From Peristeroidobacter soli (GTDB lineage: Bacteria; Pseudomonadota; Gammaproteobacteria; Steroidobacterales; Steroidobacteraceae): DNA of 32,000 nucleotides. The position numbers and the translations under genes were made by a program. Of this stretch, positions 17,434-26,032 are shown piece after piece. Within the stretch, counting starts at the first letter, position 1; each line of letters starts with the position of its first letter. The stretch covers positions 338,803 to 370,802 of the forward strand of contig NZ_RYEV01000004.1 of the NCBI RefSeq assembly GCF_004138485.1, in the 5' to 3' direction. The notes below the pieces were generated by a model, which saw nothing but the letters and a program-made list of their open reading frames with translations, made no database searches and was not told where the DNA came from.

Positions 17434-17501
17434 GCTGTTGAGTCGACTGAAAAGCTCGTCCGGCGCGAGCGGCAATTGTCCGGGATTTCGCTTTTTGCGG
17501 C

Positions 17502-17515
17502 GTGACCGGGGTCAC
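17502..17515. other. 14-bp dyad GTGACCGGGGTCAC (6-bp arms, 2-nt centre) in the gap upstream of asnB-like gene; possible operator or small hairpin
   Basis: gtgacc-gg-ggtcac in the noncoding gap 17434-17555. Confidence 0.3.
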
Positions 17516-17555
17516 GAGCACAGGCCGTGAACTGTCAGGCCCGGCGACACTCGCG

Positions 17556-18671
17556 CTATTCGCGTCCCGCCGCTGCCTGTCTGGCCTGGTTCCTTGCCCG
17601 CAAACGCTGCGCGAAGGCTCTCATTATGTCAGCGCCCAAGGCAACCATCCCTCGGCCGTTGTACGGATAGAATGCCAAGGTGCGATAGGCCCGCTCCTGC
17701 CGGGTCCAGATCGACAGCCACGGCTCGGCGCTGCCCAGCATCTCGAACGAGCTCAAGCGCTCCTCGAAGGCCGCATGCAGCGCGTCCCACATCAGCTGGA
17801 TGCCGGGTGAATGCTCGGCCCAGCGCTCGTCATAGCCGATCTTGAGCACCCACCAGCGCCCGGCATGCACGACGCCAATCTGCATGGCGATGGGCACGCC
17901 CTCCAGTCGCAGGAAGCACACTCGCAACTGCCCCTGTCGCGCCAGCCGTTGGGCGAGCTGCAGGAAAAATCCGCTCAGCCGGGAATTGGTCAGCAGGGCG
18001 CTGCCACCCCGGCCCTTCCAGCTCGCCGCCTCGACCCTCATGGCCTCGGCCATCGTGGACTCGACGGTATCCGGCCCGGGTTTGAGAATCTGGACATTGA
18101 CCGAGCCTGCCTTCTCGAGATTGCGACGCGCCCGGCGATAGTCCTGGCGCCGGCGCGACGACAGGCTCTGTAAATACTCCTCCCAGTTGGAAGTGATGGG
18201 CACGAACGGCGAGCCGGAGGCTTTGAACTCGAGCAACTGGCCCCGGCCGCGCGCGGCGCGCTTGAATGTTTTCAGCAGCGCCCCGTCGGCTTCGATCCGC
18301 TGCAGGACCAGCGGTCGGCCCAGGCCGATGACGGATCGACACAGCGCCGCCAGCGCGTCGTCGTCGCGATAGCCGAAGCCACAGGGCTCGAACAAGGTGG
18401 TCGCGCCGAGAATTTCCAGCCGCTCGACACCGCCCCCGTTCGTGACCCCCAGCGGCGCCAGCGCGACGATGTCATCGCCGCTTCGTGCCTGGACCACGCG
18501 CAACGCATCGGCGCCGTACAAACGTTCGGCGGCGACCAGCGTCCAATCGACGGATTGAGTGAATTCCTGCGCGATCTGCGGCAGCTGACGCCAGCGCGTC
18601 GCGAGCTCATCGGGGGAGTCGATCCGGCGCAGCGTCTCGACGGTGTAACTCGCCGCTGCGCCCCGGCTCAT
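17556..18671 (-). CDS. GNAT/FemAB-fold acyltransferase-like protein (CelD/BcsL-like)
   Basis: 371 aa; WRQLPQIAQEFTQSVDWTLVAAERLYG, YLQSLSSRRRQDYRRARRNLEKAG, VCFLRLEGVPIAMQIGVVHAGRWWVLKIGYDERWAEHSPGIQLMWDAL. Confidence 0.82.
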   Translation of the reverse strand: MSRGAAASYTVETLRRIDSPDELATRWRQLPQIAQEFTQSVDWTLVAAERLYGADALRVVQARSGDDIVALAPLGVTNGGGVERLEILGATTLFEPCGFGYRDDDALAALCRSVIGLGRPLVLQRIEADGALLKTFKRAARGRGQLLEFKASGSPFVPITSNWEEYLQSLSSRRRQDYRRARRNLEKAGSVNVQILKPGPDTVESTMAEAMRVEAASWKGRGGSALLTNSRLSGFFLQLAQRLARQGQLRVCFLRLEGVPIAMQIGVVHAGRWWVLKIGYDERWAEHSPGIQLMWDALHAAFEERLSSFEMLGSAEPWLSIWTRQERAYRTLAFYPYNGRGMVALGADIMRAFAQRLRARNQARQAAAGRE

Positions 18672-19753
18672 TGCTGAGAAACGCGAGCCGCCAGCTCACG
18701 CGCGCCATTCAACGTCGCGCGCATGCCCCGCAGCCCCCAGCCACTGCCAGGAATGCTGGCCAACAATCGCAGCACCGACTCCTGGATGGATTTGCGCTCG
18801 GTATCGATCGAGGCGGCACGTTTGAGATAGGCACGCGCCTGGCCGCGACGGGCCGACAACAAATCCCGCCTCGCCGCCTGTAACAACAACCCGCGCTGCA
18901 CTTCATCGACCTTGTCGCCGAGCTTCGAATAGAACTCCCTATCGGCGCGCCACACCCGATCGATCATCGCGATCCGTCGGCCCAGTCGCACGCCCGGGTC
19001 GCCCCGAGTCAAACGCACGGCGTCCTCGTGACTGCGGTTGTAGGTGGTGGAGAGGTTCGTGTACACGCAGCCGCTCTGCTTCGAGAAGCGCGCGAAGAAT
19101 TCCCAATCGCCGCAGGTTGCGATGATTTCGGGCAGGCGCAGCTGGCCCAGCGCCGATTTGCGAATCAACGAGGCACTCGGCAGGACGTACGGACAGACCA
19201 GCGACGAGGCATAGATATCGCCACCGCAGACCATGAATTCCTCGCTCGGCACCTGCAACTGCGGCATTCCTTTGATGGACGCGAACGAGCGCTCCCAGCG
19301 ATAGGGTTCGATGCGACCCGGCACGTGATCGAGCCAGGTGCTCAGACCATCCGTGATCGGCAGGACATCCGACTCCGGCGTCGGGCCTTTGAAGATCAGG
19401 AAATTCGAGAACGTGAAGCCCACGTCGTTGAAATAGCGCAGCAGCGCGACCTGCAATTCGAGCTTGTAGGGCGCCCACAGATCGTCGCTGTCGAGCAGCG
19501 CGAGATACTCGCCTCTCGCTTGTTTGATGCCGAGATTGCGCGCGGCATTCACACCTGCGTTGGGGCGGCGCGTGTAGCGGATGCGATCGCCGTACTTCTG
19601 CACGGCGGCGGTGGTGTCGTCGGTCGAACCATCGTCGATGACGATGATCTCGGTGTTTTGATACGTCTGCGCCAATACCGTGTCGATCGCTTCGCAAACC
19701 AAAGCGGCACGGTTGTACGTCGGAATGACGACACTGACCAGCGGTGCACTCAT
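18668..19753 (-). CDS. Glycosyltransferase family 2
   Basis: 361 aa; PLVSVVIPTYNRAALVCEAIDTVLAQTYQNTEIIVIDDGSTDDTTAAV, GEYLALLDSDDLW. Confidence 0.94.
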   Translation of the reverse strand: MSAPLVSVVIPTYNRAALVCEAIDTVLAQTYQNTEIIVIDDGSTDDTTAAVQKYGDRIRYTRRPNAGVNAARNLGIKQARGEYLALLDSDDLWAPYKLELQVALLRYFNDVGFTFSNFLIFKGPTPESDVLPITDGLSTWLDHVPGRIEPYRWERSFASIKGMPQLQVPSEEFMVCGGDIYASSLVCPYVLPSASLIRKSALGQLRLPEIIATCGDWEFFARFSKQSGCVYTNLSTTYNRSHEDAVRLTRGDPGVRLGRRIAMIDRVWRADREFYSKLGDKVDEVQRGLLLQAARRDLLSARRGQARAYLKRAASIDTERKSIQESVLRLLASIPGSGWGLRGMRATLNGARELAARVSQQ

Positions 19754-21078
19754 GAGGACGGATCCGTCGTCTTCGATGTTTCAGCCGCCGCTTCCTTGTT
19801 CGCATATGGCGAGGGCCGCGGGCGATTCAACTTGCGACGCAGGCGACCCAGATTCCGCCGCACCCAGCGCCAGCCAGTGGCGCGCAGCGCGTTCGGCAGG
19901 CTGTGATAGATGCTCACCGTCACGTTGCTGCGAGACACGTTGGCGAAGCGATCCTTGAAGGCCTCCTCGCCGATGGTGAAGTCGAGCTCGACTCGCGAGC
20001 GCTGCAGGCCGTCCTCGATGATCTTGCGGGTCAGCAGCAACCCCGGTGAATGTTCGGCGTACTGCACTTCGAAGGACGGCTTGTACCAGATGATGCTGCC
20101 GAAATAATCGAAGCCGAAATGAAACGCGATCGGCTGGCCGTTGAACTCGACCACCGAGAACAGCAGCCAGCCCGCCGAATGCAGCGCTGCTGCGAGGGCC
20201 AGATAGAACGTGCGCTGGCTGCCCGCATCGAACAGGCTCGGCCGTCCGGCGGCGTGCCAGCGACGCGCATGCTGATCGAAGAACGCCGGCAGCAGCGCCT
20301 GAATCTCGCTCAGCGCCGACACGTTGCGAAAGCGCACTTCGCCGCGCGAGGAAAACCAGTTGAGCGGCCGCTTGAGGCTGTATTTCTTGAGCAGCTTCTC
20401 GGCACCGGGACGATCGGCTTCCAGCCGCAACGCCGGGCAGCGCAGTTGCGCTTCCTGGACGAAATACAGACCGCGCCCCTCGCCCGCCTTGTGCAGCTCA
20501 TCGAGCGTGCTCGACTGGCTCGGCACATTGCTCAGCCAGCAACTGCGCCAGCGCGAGGCATGCGCACGCAGAAATTTACATATGCTGACGATGGCTGCCG
20601 GCTTGTCGTAAGGGAGCACGAAGTCCTGGTAGTCGGCATTGCCGGTACCGACGAACTCCAGCCGCCGGCCGTGCCAGGCGAGACGGTGGATCATCATGGC
20701 GCCGAAGCCGATGACGCGGCCTTCCCGCCGCAGCAGCAGGAAGAACAATTCGTGGGCCGAGCCGAAGGTCTGCCACCAGGCGTCGAACCATTCGTAGGTC
20801 TGGAAGATCGAATTGGTCTCGTTATGGGAGACCAGGTCGTTCCATTCCTGGGCGGTCAGCGGGATTTGCTCGCGTCGCTCGATCAGCTCGACGGCGATGG
20901 GGGCATTGCTGGAGACATCCGTCGCCAACGGCCGCACGACGGCCGGGGCATCCACGCCACCCGTCAAAGCCGCCGCGCTTACCGACAATGAAGCCATTGC
21001 GGTCCCTGCAGGAACAGAACGCATCGACATGCACCCGAGGTGGCGTTGCTGAGAGATTTTGTCGCCACACCCCGACAC
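19750..21078 (-). CDS. GNAT/FemAB-fold acyltransferase-like protein (CelD/BcsL-like)
   Basis: 442-aa ORF (start uncertain; later ATGs possible); WNDLVSHNETNSIFQTYEWFDAWWQTFG, LFSVVEFNGQPIAFHFGFDYFGSIIWYKPSFEVQYAEHSPGLLLTRKIIED; ATGA overlap with the GT2. Confidence 0.82.
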   Translation of the reverse strand: MSGCGDKISQQRHLGCMSMRSVPAGTAMASLSVSAAALTGGVDAPAVVRPLATDVSSNAPIAVELIERREQIPLTAQEWNDLVSHNETNSIFQTYEWFDAWWQTFGSAHELFFLLLRREGRVIGFGAMMIHRLAWHGRRLEFVGTGNADYQDFVLPYDKPAAIVSICKFLRAHASRWRSCWLSNVPSQSSTLDELHKAGEGRGLYFVQEAQLRCPALRLEADRPGAEKLLKKYSLKRPLNWFSSRGEVRFRNVSALSEIQALLPAFFDQHARRWHAAGRPSLFDAGSQRTFYLALAAALHSAGWLLFSVVEFNGQPIAFHFGFDYFGSIIWYKPSFEVQYAEHSPGLLLTRKIIEDGLQRSRVELDFTIGEEAFKDRFANVSRSNVTVSIYHSLPNALRATGWRWVRRNLGRLRRKLNRPRPSPYANKEAAAETSKTTDPSS

Positions 21079-21114
21079 GATACGCCATGCCCGCGGGCGT
21101 GGCTGTTCACCACG

Positions 21115-22017
21115 TCACACGGACGCTGCGGCGAGTCGACCGACCTGGGCGGCCTCGAGCTGAGAACGCAGCACTTCCTTGACGGTGGTGAACCTGAATT
21201 CACCGATCAGCTTCGCCAGCCGCGCCTCACACACATCCAGGTTCGTGTAATGGCGGAATCTGGATAGCCAGCTCGCGTTGAAGCGCGGCTGCTCCGCGTC
21301 GATCTCCCACGGATGCAGGTAGAAGATGAACGGCTGCTGCTGTCGTTCGTTAATGGAACGCAGGCCCCAGCGCGTGAACCAGTACGGCAGCAAGCGGAAA
21401 TAGCCGCCGCCCGCGACCGGCACGCGCCGGCCGAACAACTCGGCCGTCGACAACGGAAACTCGACGATGCTCTGACCATTCTTTGCATGCATCAGTCCGG
21501 GGCGCGTCGAGGCGCCCGGAATTCCATAACGATCGTGCGCGATCGGAAAAATACTGGAGTCGTAACGGAAGCCCAACTCACAAAGGATGTCGATGGCCCA
21601 CAACGAACGTGCGGTGATCGAATAACTCGCCGCGCGATAGCCGAGCACCGGCGCGCCGATCAGATCCTCCAGCATCGCTTTGGACTCGCGCGTCTCCTGA
21701 CGAAACACTTCCGGCGTCTGCCGATACACCAGTTCGTGCGTCAGACCGTGACAGGCGACCTCGTGACCTGCCGCGTGAATGCGCTTGATCAGTTCCGGGG
21801 AGCGCTTCGCGACCCAGCCGAGCACGAAGAACGTCGCGCGCACGCCGTTCCTGCCGAATAGTTCCAGCAAACGATGGGTGCTCTGCTCGGCGCGATATTC
21901 CATCGCGTCCCATTGATCGCGCCGGATGACTTCCGCCAGCGCGGAGACATGGAAGTAATCTTCCACATCCACGGTCATGGCATTCGCGGTCATCGTGGTG
22001 TCGTGCCTCTGACTCAT
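21115..22017 (-). CDS. Polysaccharide deacetylase, XrtA/PEP-CTERM locus-associated
   Basis: 300 aa; MTVDVEDYFHVSALAEVI, FFVLGWVAKRSPELIKRIHAAGHEVACHGLTHELVY, PFIFYLHPWEIDAEQPRF; ATGA overlap with the upstream gene. Confidence 0.93.
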   Translation of the reverse strand: MSQRHDTTMTANAMTVDVEDYFHVSALAEVIRRDQWDAMEYRAEQSTHRLLELFGRNGVRATFFVLGWVAKRSPELIKRIHAAGHEVACHGLTHELVYRQTPEVFRQETRESKAMLEDLIGAPVLGYRAASYSITARSLWAIDILCELGFRYDSSIFPIAHDRYGIPGASTRPGLMHAKNGQSIVEFPLSTAELFGRRVPVAGGGYFRLLPYWFTRWGLRSINERQQQPFIFYLHPWEIDAEQPRFNASWLSRFRHYTNLDVCEARLAKLIGEFRFTTVKEVLRSQLEAAQVGRLAAASV

Positions 22018-23342
22018 CGGAAACCGCCACCTGCGGCGGACGCGTCCTGAGCGCCCCAGTAATAAGCGAGCGTGACGAAGGCCCGGTTTTCAGTGAACTC
22101 GTTGTTGCCGTCGCGAGTGTTGCGGTCGTAGCGCTCGAGCATGAAGCGCATGCCCAATCGGCTCCACGCACGCCAGTTCAGCGTCGCGGCGAAGCGCAGC
22201 TCATCGTTCTCCTGGTCCGCATTCACGAACTTCTCATTGTCCAGGGTCGCTCGCAGATCGAGCGTCAAGGTGCTCGCCATGCGTCGTGAGACCCCGGCCG
22301 TGAAGCTGCTGCGCTTGCTGTCGAATTGGGTGGCGGACTCGTAGCTGTCTTTGGTGTGCGAACCACCGAGCAGGAAGCTGGTACGGCCGCGCAGATAGGT
22401 CCATTCCAAAGATACCAGCTGGCTCTTGAACGGATCGGACGTGGCGGTGATTTGACCCGCGCCGCCACCGACCACGTTGCCCGTCAGCTGCGCACGCAGC
22501 GAGTCGCCCGCGTCGCCCAACTGTTGGCCGAGCGTCAGGCGCAAGGTCGACGCCGCCGTCAGTTCGCGCGTCACGAATATATTGATCAGCGCGCTGCCCT
22601 GCTTGTCGCTGCCATCGCGCTGCAGCCAGGTGTAGCCCACGTTGGCGTCGATGGTGGTGCGCGAGCCATCCAGACCCCAGCCGACGAACACGCTGTCACG
22701 ATCGTAGTCGGTATTGAATGCATCGGCGAAATCGACGCTCTCGGTCACCGCATTCAACGACAGCTCGGTGCGCGGATTGGGGCGACGGCCGATCGCGAGG
22801 CCCGCGGTGGTGCGCTCGGCATCGAGCGGACTGTCCTGATAGTTCGTCGACGACCAGCGCCCGAACAACCGACCGAAGCCGGTCGAGCCGAAGCGCATCG
22901 TGAGATCGGGACCGGTCGAGAAATAATTCAGGTCTTCACGCGTCGCCGGCGTGCTCGCGGCGAACGGATCGGACTGCGCCTGACCGAAGGAATCCTGCAC
23001 CACCCAGTTCAGGGTCTCGGGCACGATGCCGAACGCCAATGTGCCATTGGCCGTGCCGACCACCTCGCTGTCGTAGGTGTTGTCCATGTATTCGAAATAG
23101 GAAAGATCGACGACGGCATCGCCGCGCAGACGACGCGTGCGCTCCTGCCACAGCAGGTCGAGCCCCACCGTGCCGATGGTCTCGCTGGTCTCGTCGGTGG
23201 CGACGCGGGTGATGTTGTCGGAGTAGCCGACGCCCGCTTCGGCGGAGGCGCTGATATCGGCTCGTGCCGGCGCGCCTGCGATCAACGCCATGACACCGGC
23301 CGCAGCCGGCGCTGCAACCCAATTACGCCGCGTGTGCCCCAT
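22014..23342 (-). CDS. Exosortase A system-associated outer-membrane beta-barrel protein
   Basis: Start refined to ATG 23342 (MGHTRRNWVAAPAAAGVMALIAGAPARADISASAEAGVGYSDNITRV), preceded by AAGG; the N-terminal 61 aa of track ORF 22014-23525 read through the upstream gene in another frame. Confidence 0.85.
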   Translation of the reverse strand: MGHTRRNWVAAPAAAGVMALIAGAPARADISASAEAGVGYSDNITRVATDETSETIGTVGLDLLWQERTRRLRGDAVVDLSYFEYMDNTYDSEVVGTANGTLAFGIVPETLNWVVQDSFGQAQSDPFAASTPATREDLNYFSTGPDLTMRFGSTGFGRLFGRWSSTNYQDSPLDAERTTAGLAIGRRPNPRTELSLNAVTESVDFADAFNTDYDRDSVFVGWGLDGSRTTIDANVGYTWLQRDGSDKQGSALINIFVTRELTAASTLRLTLGQQLGDAGDSLRAQLTGNVVGGGAGQITATSDPFKSQLVSLEWTYLRGRTSFLLGGSHTKDSYESATQFDSKRSSFTAGVSRRMASTLTLDLRATLDNEKFVNADQENDELRFAATLNWRAWSRLGMRFMLERYDRNTRDGNNEFTENRAFVTLAYYWGAQDASAAGGGFR

Positions 23343-23361
23343 GTACCTTGCCCTTCCCGAT

Positions 23362-23397
23362 CGGCCATGACCCGAGTCGCGGCCATGACGTTTCTTT
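23362..23397 (-). repeat. Imperfect 18-bp tandem repeat in the kinase/OMP intergenic gap
   Basis: CGGCCATGAC at 23362-23371 and 23380-23389 on the plus strand; minus strand reads GTCATGGCCGCGACTCGG GTCATGGCCGATCGG. Confidence 0.45.
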
Positions 23398-23406
23398 GAG
23401 ATCGAC

Positions 23407-24396
23407 TCAGCCGTCGGCGACGCTACGCCGCAAGGCGCCGTCGTCGCCCTCGGCGGTGTCGCCGGAACGGTCGTTATCCTTGTGGCCATAGTACTGGTAG
23501 TAATAGCCGGGACGGACCTGCTCATCGGTTTGATTCAACACCAATCCCACCGACTTGCCTTCGCCCAGAAGTTCAATGGCATCGAGCACCGCGCTTTGCG
23601 GCGTCACGCCGGCGCGTACCACCATCACGATCTGACCCACGACCGCGGACAGCGCCATCGCCTCCTGCGTGATCAGCAGCGGCGGCGAATCGAACAGCAC
23701 GATGCGGTTCGGATAGCGCACGGTGATCTGATTGGCGATCTGTTCCATGCGTGAGCTCGCGAGCAGCTCGTTGGCCGTGTCGATCGCCTTGCCGGCCGGC
23801 AGGATGCTCAGGCCCGGCACATCGGTCGGCAGGATCAGCGATTCCACATCCAGCTGCTCATCGCGCAACAGATCCATCAGACCCAGCTCGTTGTGCACGC
23901 CGAAAGTGCGGCTCAGATGCGCCTTGGCGACGTCGGCGTCGACCAGCACCACGGACAAATCCTTTTCCATCGCAAACGACAACGCCAGATTGATGCTGGT
24001 GAACGTCTTGCCGTCGCCGGGCATGGCGCTCGCGATCATGATGCGATGACCGTTCGGAATCTTCGCGACGCCCCGGCCGAGGGCATTGGCGATCAACGGA
24101 CGCTTGATCTGTCGATACTCACCGGAGAGCTGACGCTCCTGACTCAGCGGCGGCAACAGCTCCGACTGACGGAGCGCTTCGCGATCGATGTGAATCACGC
24201 GCGTCGGACGCGCCGGCTCGGGCGTCGGCACGGCGGTAACGATCGGAGCGGCATGCGTCACCGTCGGCTGCGGTGCCGGTGCGGGACGCTGCGCTTGCAG
24301 CGGCACCGTATTCAACGATGCCTGCGACGCATGTGCCGGCGGCACCTGCGAGCGCGACTCCTGAATCTTCTTCAATGCTCGTTCGACCAGACTCAT
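23407..24396 (-). CDS. XrtA-associated tyrosine autokinase (BY-kinase/CpsD-like ATPase)
   Basis: 329 aa; Walker A IASAMPGDGKTFTSINLA, VVLVDADVAKAHLS, LVLNQTDEQVRPGYYYQYYGHK Tyr-rich C-terminus. Confidence 0.92.
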   Translation of the reverse strand: MSLVERALKKIQESRSQVPPAHASQASLNTVPLQAQRPAPAPQPTVTHAAPIVTAVPTPEPARPTRVIHIDREALRQSELLPPLSQERQLSGEYRQIKRPLIANALGRGVAKIPNGHRIMIASAMPGDGKTFTSINLALSFAMEKDLSVVLVDADVAKAHLSRTFGVHNELGLMDLLRDEQLDVESLILPTDVPGLSILPAGKAIDTANELLASSRMEQIANQITVRYPNRIVLFDSPPLLITQEAMALSAVVGQIVMVVRAGVTPQSAVLDAIELLGEGKSVGLVLNQTDEQVRPGYYYQYYGHKDNDRSGDTAEGDDGALRRSVADG

Positions 24397-24411
24397 CGTC
24401 CACTCCGGGCG

Positions 24412-26025
24412 TTAGCCCAACATCTGACGCAGCAGGCGCGACGCAGGCTGCTGTACGACCACAACCACGATGAATACGACGAACAGCGCCGCCGCGGCGA
24501 CGGCGTAACGCACCAGACCCTGACGCAACTGAGCCTGATACTTCTCGACCCAGCTGCGAGTCACCGAGCCGAGCACCGGCAGCCCCGTCATGTCGGCCAG
24601 CCCGCGACTGGTCGAGAACACCGGCCGCATCATGTGCATGACATAGGCGACGGCGCAGCCGGCGCCGATACCCACCACGAACACGGCGAGCAGGAACAAG
24701 GGACGATTCGGGAACGTCGGCTTGAAGCTCGCGCTCGGCGGATCGACGATGTTGAACTTCACCACGCCGGTCTGCTCGGCATCGCCGGACAGACGCGCCT
24801 TCTCCAGGCGCTCGAGCAGGCTGTTGTACTGCGTGCGCGTGACCGTGTAATCACGGGTGAGGCGAGCGTATTCAGCTTCGACTTCCGGCGCGGTATCGAC
24901 CAGACGGCGCAGCTCGCTCTCGTTGCGCTGATGATCGGCCAGCTGGCTGCGCAGGGCGGCGATTTCCACGTCGGCCTGATTCAGCGTCGTTTGAATGCTC
25001 TGATACACCGGATTGCTCGAGGCATTCGCAACCGCCGCGGCGCCCGGATCACCCCGGCGCAGCGCGGCCAGCTCTTCCCGCTGACGTGCCTTCAGCGCCT
25101 CCAATGTTTCCTTGGTCGCGATGACTTCAGGATGTTTCTCGGTGTAACGAAGCAGCAGGTCATCCAGACGGGACTGGGTCTCCTGGATGCGGGTCGCGGT
25201 GTCCTGCGGACCGGTGCTCGCGCCCGTCGCCGAGCGACCGCCCGAACCGGTTTCGGTCGGCGGCACGAACGGCGTTTCACCCCGCAGCTGACGCTGCAGC
25301 TCGGCGCGACGGCTGTTGGCCACACCCAGCTGGCTCTGCAGCCGCTTCACTTCCTGGGTCTCGGTGGTCAGACGCGCGAAGTAACCGCCCTCATCGCCCG
25401 GCACCAGACCGAGGTTCTTTTTCTTGAACTCGGCCAGCTGATTTTCGGCATCGGCCAGACGACGGCCGTAGTCGGTCAGCTGCTCCTTCAAGAAGCGCTG
25501 CGCGGACGCGGTGCCGTTACGGTCCGAGCCGATGGTGTCCTCGACGAACGAGTTGAGCAGCATGTCGACCACTTTCAAAGCCGTCTGGCGATCGTGGTCG
25601 GTGAATGAAATACGAAACAATGTATTCGGGATGCGCGGATCGCGGGTCATCGGCGGCTCGAGCGCGACTTCGACGCGAGCCATGATGCTGTTGAGCATCG
25701 CTTCGCGCTCCGGACCGGTGCGCGCCGTGACATCGAGGCCGGCCTGCTGCGCGACCTTCTCGAGGTTGGCCCGACCCAGCAATGCCTGACGCACCAGGTT
25801 CAGCTGCGACTCCACGTCCATGTTGACGACCAGGCCGTCGACCGCCTTGCTCAATGCCGTGCGCGTATCGACGTTGACGCGGGCGCTGGACATGTAGCTG
25901 TCCGGGATCGTGAACACCACGAACCAGCCGAACAGACACACGCCCCATGCCACCGCCAGCGCATAGCGCCGGAAGCGCCAGGCGCCGCGCAGCTCGTTCA
26001 AAACCTGATCGATCAGTGCCTGCAT
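24412..26025 (-). CDS. XrtA system polysaccharide chain-length determinant (Wzz/GumC-like)
   Basis: 537 aa with two TM regions; YRRYALAVAWGVCLFGWFVVFTIPDSYMSSARVNVDT, long coiled coil, TRTQYNSLLERLEKARLSGDAEQTGVVKFNIVDPPSASFKP. Confidence 0.93.
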   Translation of the reverse strand: MQALIDQVLNELRGAWRFRRYALAVAWGVCLFGWFVVFTIPDSYMSSARVNVDTRTALSKAVDGLVVNMDVESQLNLVRQALLGRANLEKVAQQAGLDVTARTGPEREAMLNSIMARVEVALEPPMTRDPRIPNTLFRISFTDHDRQTALKVVDMLLNSFVEDTIGSDRNGTASAQRFLKEQLTDYGRRLADAENQLAEFKKKNLGLVPGDEGGYFARLTTETQEVKRLQSQLGVANSRRAELQRQLRGETPFVPPTETGSGGRSATGASTGPQDTATRIQETQSRLDDLLLRYTEKHPEVIATKETLEALKARQREELAALRRGDPGAAAVANASSNPVYQSIQTTLNQADVEIAALRSQLADHQRNESELRRLVDTAPEVEAEYARLTRDYTVTRTQYNSLLERLEKARLSGDAEQTGVVKFNIVDPPSASFKPTFPNRPLFLLAVFVVGIGAGCAVAYVMHMMRPVFSTSRGLADMTGLPVLGSVTRSWVEKYQAQLRQGLVRYAVAAAALFVVFIVVVVVQQPASRLLRQMLG

Positions 26026-26032
26026 GGTGTGC

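Noticed and set aside
17434-17475. N-terminal 14 aa extension of the AsnB-like ORF
   Set aside because: Ntn amidotransferases need Cys immediately after the initiator Met (MCGIAG).
23343-23525. N-terminal 61 aa of the 503-aa OMP ORF
   Set aside because: Overlaps the end of the kinase gene; ATG at 23342 with a signal peptide is the better start.
23893-25608. 571-aa plus-strand ORF
   Set aside because: Antisense to the kinase and chain-length determinant; no domain signatures.
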